Source: Bacteroidales bacterium (GTDB taxonomy: Bacteria; Bacteroidota; Bacteroidia; Bacteroidales; UBA932). From it: a stretch of DNA of 64,000 nucleotides. Position numbers and translations under genes: made by a program. The stretch spans positions 505 to 64,504 of the forward strand of contig JAFYEZ010000043.1 of assembly GCA_017544005.1 (NCBI GenBank), in the 5' to 3' direction. Shown here piece after piece: positions 45,575-54,718 of the stretch; the first letter of the stretch is position 1; each line of letters begins with the position of its first letter. The notes beneath the pieces were generated by a model that made no database searches, had not been told where the DNA came from, and worked only from the letters and a program-made list of their open reading frames with translations.

Positions 45575-46633
45575 ATGGCCAAGCAGAGCGTCGATACCAC
45601 CGCCAAGTTCCGGGCTCTCCGCGAAGAGATTCTCGCGGGCGAGCTCAAGCCGTTTTATCTGCTCTTCGGCAAGGAACACTATTACATTGATGAGCTCTGC
45701 CGCCTGATCATGGAGAAGGCCCTCCCGCCGGAGGAACGCGACTTCGGTCAGATCGTCTATTTCGGGTCCGATGTCAAGGCGGCGCAGGTGGTGGCCACCG
45801 CCCGCCAGTTTCCGATGATGGTCTCGCGCCAGCTTGTGGTAGTCAAGGAGGCCCAGCTGATGGACGGCCTCGAGGATATCGGCATCTATCTGGATGCCAT
45901 GATGCCCACTACCATCCTGGTCATCTGCTTCAAGACCAGCAACGATCCCACCCGCAAGGGCAAGTCGGTGGACAAGCGCACCTCCTTCTACAAGAAGGCT
46001 TGCAGCGCGGGCGTGGTCTTTGAATCGGAGCAGCTGCCCGATTACAAGATGGCCCGCTGGATCGAGGAGTACTTCCCGACGCGCGGCCTGAAGATTTCCC
46101 CCGATGCCGCGGCGCTGTTGGCCGAGTATGCCGGCGTGGATATTGCCAAGATCGTGATGGAGACGGACAAGCTGCTGAAAGTCCTGCCGTCCGACACCCC
46201 GCTCGTCACCTCGGCCGATATTGCCGCCAACGTGGGCATGAGCCGGGACTACTCGGCTTTCGAGCTGACCAAGGCCCTCTCGCTGAAGGATATTCCCAAG
46301 TGCTACCGGATCGTCCATTTCTTTGCCGAAAGTGAAAAGCGCTACCCGCTGGTCATGATCATGGCCGCGCTTTCGAGCCACTTCCTCCGCATTCTGCGCT
46401 ACCACGCCCTGCAGCAGGCCGGGGTGCCGCGCAGCGAGATTCTCTCGCAGCTGGGCATCAATCCCTACTTCGGCGCCGAATATGACCAGGCGGTGCGTAA
46501 CTACCCCCTACGCAAGACGATGAAGGTCATCTCGCTCCTGCGGGAATACGACCGGCGCAGCAAGAGCAACGCCCGGGGCAGCGCTTCGGACGGCGACCTG
46601 TTGGGCGAACTGATCAGCAAGATTCTGGCTTGA
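45575..46633 (+). CDS. holA: DNA polymerase III subunit delta
   Basis: It has KPFYLLFGKEHYYID. The 352-aa length and AAA-like lid architecture are typical of HolA. The track start at 45377 is spurious. Confidence 0.85.
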   Translation: MAKQSVDTTAKFRALREEILAGELKPFYLLFGKEHYYIDELCRLIMEKALPPEERDFGQIVYFGSDVKAAQVVATARQFPMMVSRQLVVVKEAQLMDGLEDIGIYLDAMMPTTILVICFKTSNDPTRKGKSVDKRTSFYKKACSAGVVFESEQLPDYKMARWIEEYFPTRGLKISPDAAALLAEYAGVDIAKIVMETDKLLKVLPSDTPLVTSADIAANVGMSRDYSAFELTKALSLKDIPKCYRIVHFFAESEKRYPLVMIMAALSSHFLRILRYHALQQAGVPRSEILSQLGINPYFGAEYDQAVRNYPLRKTMKVISLLREYDRRSKSNARGSASDGDLLGELISKILA

Positions 46634-47681
46634 CGCGCTCTGCGTCCCGCCCGGCGAGCAGCATGAAGGCGGCATAGGTCAGGAACCCGAATCCGGGCAG
46701 CAGGTAGATCTGCAGTTTGGCGCTGAAGGCCGACATCATGACAAAAAAGACGGCGAAAACAATCAGGAAGAACCGCGTGAGCGGATTGATGGCGTTGCGC
46801 CGCTGCCGGTTGCAGAGGGTGCGGATGACGACCCAGGCGGAGACGAAAACGCTTGGCGCGGCGGCATACCAGAGGGTATAGAGGTAATAATAGAAAGGCT
46901 GTTTGTGGTGGAAGGCGTTCACCGCACGGCCGAAGGTCTGCCGGCCCAGCAGTTCCTGCAGGTAGGCCGTGCCGCCCTCCCGCCAGGCGAAGAACCACCA
47001 TGCGCCGCAGAGCAGGGCGAGCAGCATCCAGGTGCGCCACCCCCAGACCTGCCCGAATGCGCGCCAGGAGCGGGTGAGGGCCGCATAGACCAGCAGGCAG
47101 ACGAAGGGCATCAGGAAGCCCACAGGCCCCTTGGTGAAGACGGCGGCAAAGACATACAAGCCGAACAGCCATCGGTCGGCCGGGCGACCGTCTCCCGCGA
47201 GAATCTTCCAGAAGGTGTAGAAAGCCAGCGTGATGAAGAGCGTCATGAGCATGTCCATCCGCACCACCACGGCAGCTCCCAGAAAATAGGCGGTGGCCCA
47301 CATGGCCCACTCGGCGCGGGGAATCCAGCGGCCGGAGAGGCCGCCGTAGCGCTGACACCAGCGGCCGAAGAGCAGCAGGATGCCCAGGGCCGGGAGCAGC
47401 GAGAAGAGTTCCAGCACTGCGGCGCAGTGCCCTCCCAGCAGCACGCGGCACCCCATCACAATCCAGAGATAGAGCGGGGGTTTGTCGGCATAGATGGCCC
47501 CGTCCAGATAGTGGCACCAGAGGTGGCCGTCGCGCAGCGCCTCATCGGCGATGGCCAGATACTTGAGTTCGTTGTCGGGGGTGAGCGGCCGGAAGATCAG
47601 CAGGGGCAGCAGGCACAGCAGGTAGAGGCCGGCGCGGGCCCAGGGGGAGCGCATCAGCCTTGTGCGTGGCTTTTGTTCCAT
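46614..47681 (-). CDS. Glycosyltransferase family 39 (ArnT/PMT-like), short form
   Basis: It is multi-TM with DNELKYL and YADKPPLYLW motifs. The alternative ATG at 47654 overlaps the upstream stop (TGATG). It overlaps the holA 3' end convergently by 20 nt. Confidence 0.75.
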   Translation of the reverse strand: MEQKPRTRLMRSPWARAGLYLLCLLPLLIFRPLTPDNELKYLAIADEALRDGHLWCHYLDGAIYADKPPLYLWIVMGCRVLLGGHCAAVLELFSLLPALGILLLFGRWCQRYGGLSGRWIPRAEWAMWATAYFLGAAVVVRMDMLMTLFITLAFYTFWKILAGDGRPADRWLFGLYVFAAVFTKGPVGFLMPFVCLLVYAALTRSWRAFGQVWGWRTWMLLALLCGAWWFFAWREGGTAYLQELLGRQTFGRAVNAFHHKQPFYYYLYTLWYAAAPSVFVSAWVVIRTLCNRQRRNAINPLTRFFLIVFAVFFVMMSAFSAKLQIYLLPGFGFLTYAAFMLLAGRDAERVKPESC

Positions 47682-48301
47682 AGCATGAGGTTCCGGGTGT
47701 AGGAAATCAGGCCGAGTCCCTGTCCGAGAATCAGTACCGGATCGCGGCGGATGATGCCGTAGGTCACGACAATCAGCGAGCCTGTGAGGGAGATAATCCA
47801 GAAGCCCTTGGGCAGGATGGATTCGCCCCGGCGGGAAGAGTAGATGAACTGGTAGAGGAAACGGAAGGAGAAGATCAGCGTGCCGGTGGTGCCGAAGATC
47901 AGCAGCCACAGGGGCAGCCCCTCATTCTTGAAGAGCGAATCGGCCACTGCACTGCCCTGGGTGGCCAGTACGGCGCTGAGGGCGACGATGGGCAGCAGAA
48001 TGAAAGCCGCGACCGCCAGGCGGCTGCCTGCGCGGCCGAGTTTCTGCCAGACCCCCTTGGCCCAGAGATTCCAGATATACACGTAATACCCGATCACCTG
48101 GCCGAGCATGATGGCAAAGTCCTGGCGCAGCCAGCCGTAGGTGACATAGAGCACCGAGGCTATCAGGCTCAAAATCCAGAAGAGACTGGGAGAGACCACT
48201 TTGCGCTTTTTTTCGGAAAGCAGCCACTGTACCAGCACGCGGGCGGAGAAAAGCCCCTGTGCCGTGAATCCGAGTGCATATACCCACCAGCTGCTGGTCA
48301 T
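47654..48301 (-). CDS. Lipid-A-disaccharide synthase N-terminal (LAB_N) domain membrane protein, two repeats
   Basis: It has GFTAQGLFSARVLVQWLLSEKKRKVVSP..FW and a second FSFRFLYQFIYSSRRGESILP..FW repeat. Confidence 0.75.
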   Translation of the reverse strand: MTSSWWVYALGFTAQGLFSARVLVQWLLSEKKRKVVSPSLFWILSLIASVLYVTYGWLRQDFAIMLGQVIGYYVYIWNLWAKGVWQKLGRAGSRLAVAAFILLPIVALSAVLATQGSAVADSLFKNEGLPLWLLIFGTTGTLIFSFRFLYQFIYSSRRGESILPKGFWIISLTGSLIVVTYGIIRRDPVLILGQGLGLISYTRNLMLWNKSHAQG

Positions 48302-48304
48302 GGT

Positions 48305-49042
48305 TTATTCGAGGTTGTCGCCTTTGCGGCGGATGTCCAGGTAACGTTTTTTCATCCAACGCCAGCCGAAGCAGTCCACAAAGGGGCCCACCAGCCGGTT
48401 GGCGAGGTTGTATTTGGCCTTGCCCGCGGTGCGGGGATAATGGCGCACGGGAATCTCCTTGCAGCGGCCGCCCACCATCTGGATGCAGGCCGGGATGAAG
48501 CGGTGCATCCCCTTGAAGAAGGGGATCTTCTGCGCGCAGTCGGTGTGCATCACCTTGAGCGGGCAGCCGGTGTCGGTGATACCGTCGTGGGTCATCATCC
48601 GCCGCCAGCCGTTGGCGATTTTGGAGGAGGCGCGCTTCACGAATCCGTCATGGCGCTGCGCGCGAATGCCGAGTACCAGTTCGTAGTTGTCGCTCTCGGC
48701 CAGCAGCAGGTCGAAGTCGTCGGGATCGGTCTGCAGGTCGGCGTCGATATAGCCCACCAGGGGTGAGGCGCAGGCGTCGATGCCCGCCTTGAGCGCGCCG
48801 CTCAGCCCGATATGTTCGAGATCCATCCAGTAAAAATCCTTTTGGCGGGCGCAGGCTTCGCGGATGAGCGCATCACCGCCGTCGGTGGATCCGTCGTTGA
48901 CGAATAACACGCAGGCCTTCAGCGGACAGCGGGCCAGATAGGCCCCGAGGCGCGACTCCAGTGCAGCCGCGTTCTCCTTCTCGTTGAAGAAGGGGACAAG
49001 GATGGTGAATTCGTACCGGGCAGTCTTGTTGGCGGCTTTCAT
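48305..49042 (-). CDS. Glycosyltransferase family 2, polyprenol-phosphate glycosyltransferase-like (ArnC/DPM1-like)
   Basis: It has ILVPFFNE, NDGSTDG, and a YIDADLQTD DxD region. The ATG (MKAANKT) is at 49042; the track ORF extends upstream. Confidence 0.8.
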   Translation of the reverse strand: MKAANKTARYEFTILVPFFNEKENAAALESRLGAYLARCPLKACVLFVNDGSTDGGDALIREACARQKDFYWMDLEHIGLSGALKAGIDACASPLVGYIDADLQTDPDDFDLLLAESDNYELVLGIRAQRHDGFVKRASSKIANGWRRMMTHDGITDTGCPLKVMHTDCAQKIPFFKGMHRFIPACIQMVGGRCKEIPVRHYPRTAGKAKYNLANRLVGPFVDCFGWRWMKKRYLDIRRKGDNLE

Positions 49043-49060
49043 GAGCGTAAAAACAGATAG

Positions 49061-49068
49061 CAAAGATA
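49061..49068 (-). promoter_or_regulatory. -7 box TATCTTTG for the GT2/LAB_N/GT39 operon
   Basis: The reverse complement of caaagata, 19 nt upstream of the ATG at 49042. Confidence 0.5.
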
Positions 49069-49106
49069 ATAAAAAGCGGATAATTTGCAGAACACGAAAC
49101 TTTTCG

Positions 49107-49114
49107 TACCTTTG
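49107..49114 (+). promoter_or_regulatory. -7 box TACCTTTG for rplY-pth
   Basis: A TAnnTTTG match that leaves a ~75-80 nt leader before the ATG at 49196. Confidence 0.5.
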
Positions 49115-49195
49115 CACTCCGCTAAAAAGGCCTGTCCTTTTGGTGTAATGGGAGCCGGACCCATTCCGGCTTGAGTAACACATTTTATTAACATT

Positions 49196-49780
49196 ATGAA
49201 ACATCTGACTCTCAATGGCAGTCTCCGTACTGTCGGAAAGAAGGCCGACGTCAAAGCCGTCCGCCGCAACGAGCAGGTTCCCTGCGTCCTCTATGGCGCT
49301 GGCGTCGAGAACGTTTCGTTCTCCATCAACGCCAAGGACCTCAAGGCGCTCACCCACACTCCGTATTCCCACATCGTTGACCTGAATGTCGATGGCAAGG
49401 CGTATCTGGCCAAGCTGCAGGCAATTCAGTATCACCCTGTGACCGACGAAGCCCGCCACGTGGACTTCCTCGTGCTTGATGAGAACAAGCCGGTCACCAT
49501 CGAGGTGCCCGTCAAGATTTTCGGTAACTCTGTCGGTGTCCGTCAGGGTGGCAAGCTGTATCAGGCTGTCCGCAAGCTCCGCGTTTGCGGTCTGATCCAG
49601 AATCTCCCCGATGAACTGCCCGTCGACATCACCCCGCTGGGCGTCGGCAAGCAGATCTCCGCTGGTGACCTCTCGTATGACAACATCCAGATTGTCAGCC
49701 CGAAGGCTACGCTGGTCTGCGCCATCAAGGCTACCCGCGCCGCTGCTACCGCAGCTACCGAGGAGACCCCTGCAGAATAA
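49196..49780 (+). CDS. rplY: 50S ribosomal protein L25/general stress protein Ctc
   Basis: It has LNGSLRTVGKKADVKAVRRNEQVPCVLYG, and is the 194-aa two-domain form. Confidence 0.9.
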   Translation: MKHLTLNGSLRTVGKKADVKAVRRNEQVPCVLYGAGVENVSFSINAKDLKALTHTPYSHIVDLNVDGKAYLAKLQAIQYHPVTDEARHVDFLVLDENKPVTIEVPVKIFGNSVGVRQGGKLYQAVRKLRVCGLIQNLPDELPVDITPLGVGKQISAGDLSYDNIQIVSPKATLVCAIKATRAAATAATEETPAE

Positions 49781-49805
49781 TTGAGCAGACCTGCTTATTC
49801 CGGGT

Positions 49806-50396
49806 ATGAACTATCTCGTTGCTGGATTGGGAAACATCGGTGAAGAGTATGCAAATACCCGGCATAATGTCGGATTCATGGTATTGGATGCCTGGGCTCA
49901 GGCATCCAATACTCTTTTTACGACGGGCCGTTACGGTTCCACGGCTACCGTCTCTTTCAAGGGACAGAAGTTCACGCTCCTCAAGCCTTCCACGTATATG
50001 AACCTGAGCGGCAAGGCGGTCAATTACTGGCTGCAGGAGACCGGCATTCCGCGCGAGCGGCTGCTGGTGGTGCTGGACGACCTGGCCCTGCCTTTCGGAA
50101 CCCTCCGCCTGCGCCCCCGCGGCAGCGACGGCGGACACAACGGCCTCAAGAATATCGATTATTGCCTGGCCAGCGATGATTACGCCCGCCTGCGGGTGGG
50201 AATCGGCCATGGTTTCGCCGAGGGCGGCCAGATCGATTATGTGCTGGGCGAGTGGCTGCTGGAAGAAAAAAGAGTCCTGCCTGAGATTTTGAATCAGGCG
50301 GTCGAGGCCATCAAGTGCTTCGCGCTGGAGGGAGTCAGCCGGGCAATGACCCGCTACAACCACTCCGTCATCGAGTCCATCAACTCGTCCATCTGA
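49806..50396 (+). CDS. pth: Peptidyl-tRNA hydrolase
   Basis: It has LVAGLGNIGEEYANTRHNVGF and GHNGLKNI. Confidence 0.93.
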   Translation: MNYLVAGLGNIGEEYANTRHNVGFMVLDAWAQASNTLFTTGRYGSTATVSFKGQKFTLLKPSTYMNLSGKAVNYWLQETGIPRERLLVVLDDLALPFGTLRLRPRGSDGGHNGLKNIDYCLASDDYARLRVGIGHGFAEGGQIDYVLGEWLLEEKRVLPEILNQAVEAIKCFALEGVSRAMTRYNHSVIESINSSI

Positions 50397-50743
50397 CGGC
50401 GGTCTTTTTTGGTAGGCCGTCCGGCTCCCCGGTCCCGTTTTACAAAGAAGGTCTCCACCGGCGCGTGGAGTTTGGCCAGTTCGCTCTCCGGCGTGAGATT
50501 CTCGGCGAAACGCCCCACATCCTTGGCTCCCAGACGCTTCTCAAGCGGCGCCAGCACCTTGAAGGTGTAGTGGACCGCCCCTTTGCGGACGGAAATTACA
50601 TCGCCCGCCTTGACCTCTTTCGAGGGCTTGATATCGGCCCCGTTCACCTGAATTTTACTCCCCTTGCAGGCATCGGTGGCCTCCGTGCGGGTCTTGAACA
50701 CCCGAATGGCCCAGAGAAACTTGTCGATTCGGACGGCATCCAT
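50354..50743 (-). CDS. hslR: S4-domain RNA-binding protein (heat shock protein 15 / HslR-like)
   Basis: It has VRIDKFLWAIRVFKTRTEATDACKGSKIQVNG. It overlaps pth convergently by 43 nt. Confidence 0.8.
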   Translation of the reverse strand: MDAVRIDKFLWAIRVFKTRTEATDACKGSKIQVNGADIKPSKEVKAGDVISVRKGAVHYTFKVLAPLEKRLGAKDVGRFAENLTPESELAKLHAPVETFFVKRDRGAGRPTKKDRRQMDELMDSMTEWL

Positions 50744-51756
50744 TATGCATCCTCCTTGTCATCGGGCAGCGTAGCGGCTGCATCCGGATTGATATACTCG
50801 TCTTCTTCCTCGGGAATGGGCGGAATGGTGGCCTGCAGGAGGGTAACCCCCGAAGCGCCCGGGGTGATGGTGGCCTCGCCGACTCCCCAGGGAACCAGGG
50901 CGAACCCGCCCCGCGCGAGGGCGCATTTCTCCGGAGAGCCGTCGCTGGTCAGGATGGCGGAACCCTCCAGACAGATATAGAAGATGCAGCTGTTATAGCG
51001 GTCCATATCAAGCGTAGCGGGCTTTGTGAGCGCAATCCGGCGGATGGTGAAGTGCGGATTCTCAGCCAGCAGGTCCGCCTTGCGGGCATCGGCAATATGG
51101 AGCCGGGCTTCGTCGTAACGGCGGTAATCGATACAGTCGATGGCCTCGTCCAGGTGCATCCTGCGGGCTGTGGCGGGATTGTTTTCGCGGCCCCAGTCGT
51201 AGAGCCGGAAGGTCATGTCGGAGGATTCCTGCACCTCGGCGATGGTCAGTCCGCCGCCGCAGGCGTGCACCGTTCCGGCGGGAATGTGGAAGAATTCGCC
51301 CGCCTTGGGCGTATAGACGTTCAGCAACTCCTCCACTGTGCCGTCCTTGCACTTCTGGTAGAACTCCGCGGCGCTCGTATCGCGCTTGAAGCCCATGTAA
51401 ACGCGGGCGGTGGGCTTGGCATCCATAACGTACCAGCATTCGTCCTTGCCGTACTGGTCGTAGCGTTCGGCGGCGACGGCATCGTCCGGATGCACCTGCA
51501 CGGAAAGGGTCTGGTTGACGTTCAACACCTTGATCAGCAGCGGAAACTGGAGGTTGAAGGCATCGAATACGTTGTCACCCACCAGGTTCCCCAGGTAGGT
51601 TTCCAAAAGGTCGCTCAGTGTGTTGTCGGCCAGGAATCCGTTTTCCACGACGGAATCGGCACCCTCGTCCAGCGAGGCGATCCCCCAGGTTTCACTGCCC
51701 CAGACTTTCTCTTGAAGAATAGGGGTAAAGGCGAGCGGATAGAGTTTGCGTTTCAT
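50743..51756 (-). CDS. manA: Class I mannose-6-phosphate isomerase
   Basis: It has KVWGSETW and LSVQVHPDD, with a cupin HxH region. Its stop overlaps the hslR start (TAATG). Confidence 0.8.
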   Translation of the reverse strand: MKRKLYPLAFTPILQEKVWGSETWGIASLDEGADSVVENGFLADNTLSDLLETYLGNLVGDNVFDAFNLQFPLLIKVLNVNQTLSVQVHPDDAVAAERYDQYGKDECWYVMDAKPTARVYMGFKRDTSAAEFYQKCKDGTVEELLNVYTPKAGEFFHIPAGTVHACGGGLTIAEVQESSDMTFRLYDWGRENNPATARRMHLDEAIDCIDYRRYDEARLHIADARKADLLAENPHFTIRRIALTKPATLDMDRYNSCIFYICLEGSAILTSDGSPEKCALARGGFALVPWGVGEATITPGASGVTLLQATIPPIPEEEDEYINPDAAATLPDDKEDA

Positions 51757-52577
51757 CGTGCGTCAGGTTTCGGGAGATACCGGTTGAAAAGGTAAATCAC
51801 CCCGGCAAGCAGGGCCACCGCGGCGACATAGAGGGCGATATAGTTCTCCGTGGAGATCAAATCCATCAGGGCGGTGTCGAATCCCATGTCGGGCACCAGC
51901 CGCGAGAGCAGCGTGGAGATGCTGTTGTTGAGGCAGTGCAGGAAGATGGTCAGCCAGAGGCACCCTGTGCGGTAATAGACCCAGCCGAAGAGCAGGCCGA
52001 TCAGAAAAGCAGGAATCGCCTGCCAGGGGTTGAGGTGAATGAGTGCGAAGAGAAAGGCGGACCAGAAAATGGCTTTCCGCGGGCCGCTGAAGTGGGCGAT
52101 GCCGCGCATCATCATGCCGCGGCAGAGCAATTCCTCGCATAGTGGAGCCAGGATGCAGGTGGCCAGGATGGAATCGTAGAGGTTGGTATAGAGAAAAACC
52201 CTTTCAAAGACAGCCTTGATCCATTCGGGCATCGGTATCAGGTTGGTCAGCGGATCCATTACCACGGTCATCGCGAGCATCGCCAGGGCCGCGAGCGAAA
52301 ACACGCCGATTCCCTTCAGGGAGCCGAATACGGGCCGGTTGACCGGGACGGCCGGGAACCCCTCCTTCCGCCGGATGCCGCCGACATAGAAGATAAAGAT
52401 GAAAGGCAAAATCATCGACATCAGGTAGGATAGGGAGGTGGCGGTCCAGACGGGGCTCGGAACGATCCGCTGTAAAATGGCCAGCAGAACGCCGAAGGCC
52501 AGACTGCCTCCGAGCAGCAGCGCAACCAGAATCCAGCTGCCGCCCAGGGTAGGATAGTAATAATCGAGTCGTTTCAT
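51753..52577 (-). CDS. CPBP-family intramembrane glutamic endopeptidase (CAAX protease-like)
   Basis: It has EELLCRG, FALIH and HCLNN motifs in TM helices. Confidence 0.82.
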   Translation of the reverse strand: MKRLDYYYPTLGGSWILVALLLGGSLAFGVLLAILQRIVPSPVWTATSLSYLMSMILPFIFIFYVGGIRRKEGFPAVPVNRPVFGSLKGIGVFSLAALAMLAMTVVMDPLTNLIPMPEWIKAVFERVFLYTNLYDSILATCILAPLCEELLCRGMMMRGIAHFSGPRKAIFWSAFLFALIHLNPWQAIPAFLIGLLFGWVYYRTGCLWLTIFLHCLNNSISTLLSRLVPDMGFDTALMDLISTENYIALYVAAVALLAGVIYLFNRYLPKPDAR

Positions 52578-52602
52578 AGTTCAAAAGTACGAATAAAAAG
52601 AT

Positions 52603-52610
52603 TATTTTTG
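52603..52610 (+). promoter_or_regulatory. -7 box TATTTTTG for the ftsB-like / S41 operon
   Basis: It overlaps the track TTG start at 52608, which favours the ATG at 52629. Confidence 0.5.
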
Positions 52611-52628
52611 CGAAAAGAAATCAGTCAG

Positions 52629-52979
52629 ATGGGACTCAAGGCTAAAATCGGGACCTGGTGGCACACGCTCCGCGAAAAGGTGGCCGCCGCCAAGCAGAAT
52701 CACCGCTGGGTGCGGATTCTGCTCAACAAGTATGTCCTGGTGACGCTCCTCTTTCTGATCTGGATTTTGTTTGTGGACAAAAACAATGTGGGGGTTTGGC
52801 TCCGCACGCAGCACACGCTGAGACGCCAGCGGGTGCATATCGAACGGCTTGAAAATGAGATTAAAAGCACCGAGACCCGAATCGAGCAGCTCTCCTCGCA
52901 GCGCGATTCCCTCGAGCAGTTCGCCCGCGAGCAATACCTCTTCCACGAAAAAGACGAAGACGTCTATCTTCTGCGATAG
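52629..52979 (+). CDS. Septum formation initiator family protein (FtsB/DivIC-like)
   Basis: It has a single TM helix followed by a coiled coil (LENEIKSTETRIEQLSSQRDSLEQFAREQY). Confidence 0.75.
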   Translation: MGLKAKIGTWWHTLREKVAAAKQNHRWVRILLNKYVLVTLLFLIWILFVDKNNVGVWLRTQHTLRRQRVHIERLENEIKSTETRIEQLSSQRDSLEQFAREQYLFHEKDEDVYLLR

Positions 52980-52982
52980 TTT

Positions 52983-54434
52983 ATGAAAAAAAGAACGCTG
53001 GCAGCCGCTCTGCTGCCCCTCGCATTGCTGTTCCTGCTCCTCCTGGAAGGATGCGATCCCGAAGCCCGTCTGCGGGCACAGCAGGAACGGTATCGCGATT
53101 CCCTGGCACAACTCCGGGATCCCCAGTATACAGCAAAAGTTTATTACCGGGACTATTTTTTCAACCCTTACTATTATTGGCTGGAGAACCGCTGGGCGTA
53201 TGCCAAGAGCGTACAGCCGACCGCCTATTCCGACATTTATGCCTATTTCGACGACCTTCTCTGGGAGAAGGACCGCTGGAGCTGGATGTGTGACGGCGCC
53301 TCCTTTGCTTCGAGCGAGAGCGGCATCCTGCGGGGCAGTTACGGCGTTTCGCTGGGCCAGCCCATGGAGTATTACGGTGACTATTCCATCCGGGTCGCGT
53401 ATGTCTATCCCGGATCTCCCTTTGCCCGCGAAGGGGTCACCCGCGGCTGGGCGCTGACCCATATCGCAGGGCAGCCGGTAATGGACCTGCTCCGGACCAA
53501 GGAATTTGACGCCGCTTACAACAAATCTCCGCAGACCTTCACGCTGGAGGATCTTGCGGGGAACAGCCACACCTTTACTGCTTCCCTGGAAGAGCTCTCC
53601 GTGAGTCCCGTGATGAAAACGGCGGTCTTTACAGCGGCGGATTTTCCCGGGCTTTCCGAGCCGGTCGGGTATTTCAACTACCTCTCCTTCAAGGCAAACT
53701 TCCTGACCGATATCGACAATGCCATGGCCACCCTCAAGGCGGCGAACGTGCGGTATCTGATTCTGGACCTGCGCTACAACGGCGGTGGCGACAGCCGTGC
53801 CAGCCAGCGGCTGGTGGACTGGATTGCGCCCGCATCGGCCGTCGGAGAGGTCTATGTGCGCCGTGCCCACAACAAGCGGCTCTCCCGCTACGATGTGGAC
53901 AACAAGGTGGAGGGGAAGCCCAACGCGCTGAATCTGAAGCGTCTCTATGTCATTACGGGAGAAGGTACTGCCTCCGCCAGCGAAATGATTACCAACGGTC
54001 TGCGGCCGCTGATGGATGTCAAGATGGTGGGCGATACCACCTACGGCAAACCCAACGGAATGTATGTGTTGCTCTACCCGGACACCAAGGAAGATCAGGC
54101 CCGGTATGACAAGGGGGATTATTCCAAACTGGAGTGGGTCTTCCTGCCGATTGCCTTCTACAATAAGAACCGGGACGGGGAATCGATTCCGGACGACGGA
54201 TTTGTTCCGGACAACTACCGTCCTGACGATTATTTCCATGATTTTACGCCGGAAGAGGACAACATCCGTGCCTGCCTCACGCATATCGCCACCGGGGCCT
54301 TCCCGGCCCTTCCGACGGTTGAAGAACCGCTTCGCAGCACGTCCCACAGCGGGGTCCGTTTTCTGTCCGCTCCCGAGCGGGATCCCCACTATGGCCTGGA
54401 CCTGATCCGCACCCTTCCGGGTGAAAGCCGGTAG
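52983..54434 (+). CDS. S41-family peptidase (tail-specific protease-like), lipoprotein
   Basis: It has the lipobox LLEGC, LILDLRYNGGGD, and GEGTASASE (catalytic Ser region). Confidence 0.8.
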   Translation: MKKRTLAAALLPLALLFLLLLEGCDPEARLRAQQERYRDSLAQLRDPQYTAKVYYRDYFFNPYYYWLENRWAYAKSVQPTAYSDIYAYFDDLLWEKDRWSWMCDGASFASSESGILRGSYGVSLGQPMEYYGDYSIRVAYVYPGSPFAREGVTRGWALTHIAGQPVMDLLRTKEFDAAYNKSPQTFTLEDLAGNSHTFTASLEELSVSPVMKTAVFTAADFPGLSEPVGYFNYLSFKANFLTDIDNAMATLKAANVRYLILDLRYNGGGDSRASQRLVDWIAPASAVGEVYVRRAHNKRLSRYDVDNKVEGKPNALNLKRLYVITGEGTASASEMITNGLRPLMDVKMVGDTTYGKPNGMYVLLYPDTKEDQARYDKGDYSKLEWVFLPIAFYNKNRDGESIPDDGFVPDNYRPDDYFHDFTPEEDNIRACLTHIATGAFPALPTVEEPLRSTSHSGVRFLSAPERDPHYGLDLIRTLPGESR

Positions 54435-54477
54435 AAAATATTTTTTATAAAAATTTGTATTTTAAAGATTTATCGTA

Positions 54478-54485
54478 TAAATTTG
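54478..54485 (+). promoter_or_regulatory. -7 box TAAATTTG inside an AT-rich island upstream of the H1-like gene
   Basis: A TAnnTTTG match 37 nt upstream of the ATG at 54522. Confidence 0.45.
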
Positions 54486-54521
54486 GCAAAAATATCATTT
54501 TAACCTTTAATACTTAAACCT

Positions 54522-54695
54522 ATGAAAAAACTTGTTGACAAGATCAATGCTGAAATCGCAGAATTCCAGAAGAACGCTGAAGCTCAGGTAGTTAAGGGCA
54601 ACAAGGCTGCTGGCCTCCGCGCACGTAAAGCTGCTCTCGCTCTCAAAGAACTGCTTGTTGAGTTCCGCAAAGAATCTGTGAAGGCAGGCAAATAA
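54522..54695 (+). CDS. Histone H1-like small basic DNA-binding protein (57 aa, absent from the ORF track)
   Basis: It encodes MKKLVDKINAEIAEFQKNAEAQVVKGNKAAGLRARKAALALKELLVEFRKESVKAGK*. It is Lys/Ala-rich and helical, with a strong promoter region and its own terminator. Confidence 0.75.
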   Translation: MKKLVDKINAEIAEFQKNAEAQVVKGNKAAGLRARKAALALKELLVEFRKESVKAGK

Positions 54696-54718
54696 TCATT
54701 AATTGATTGATAAAAAGA

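Noticed and set aside
46501-47517. A 338-aa minus-strand ORF overlapping the GT39 gene in another frame.
   Set aside because: It is an Arg/Pro/Ala-rich alternative-frame translation. The +1 frame (46614..47681) gives a coherent multi-TM GT39-like protein.
52602-54389. A 595-aa minus-strand ORF.
   Set aside because: It is antisense to the ftsB-like and S41 peptidase genes and is an artefact of GC-rich codon bias.
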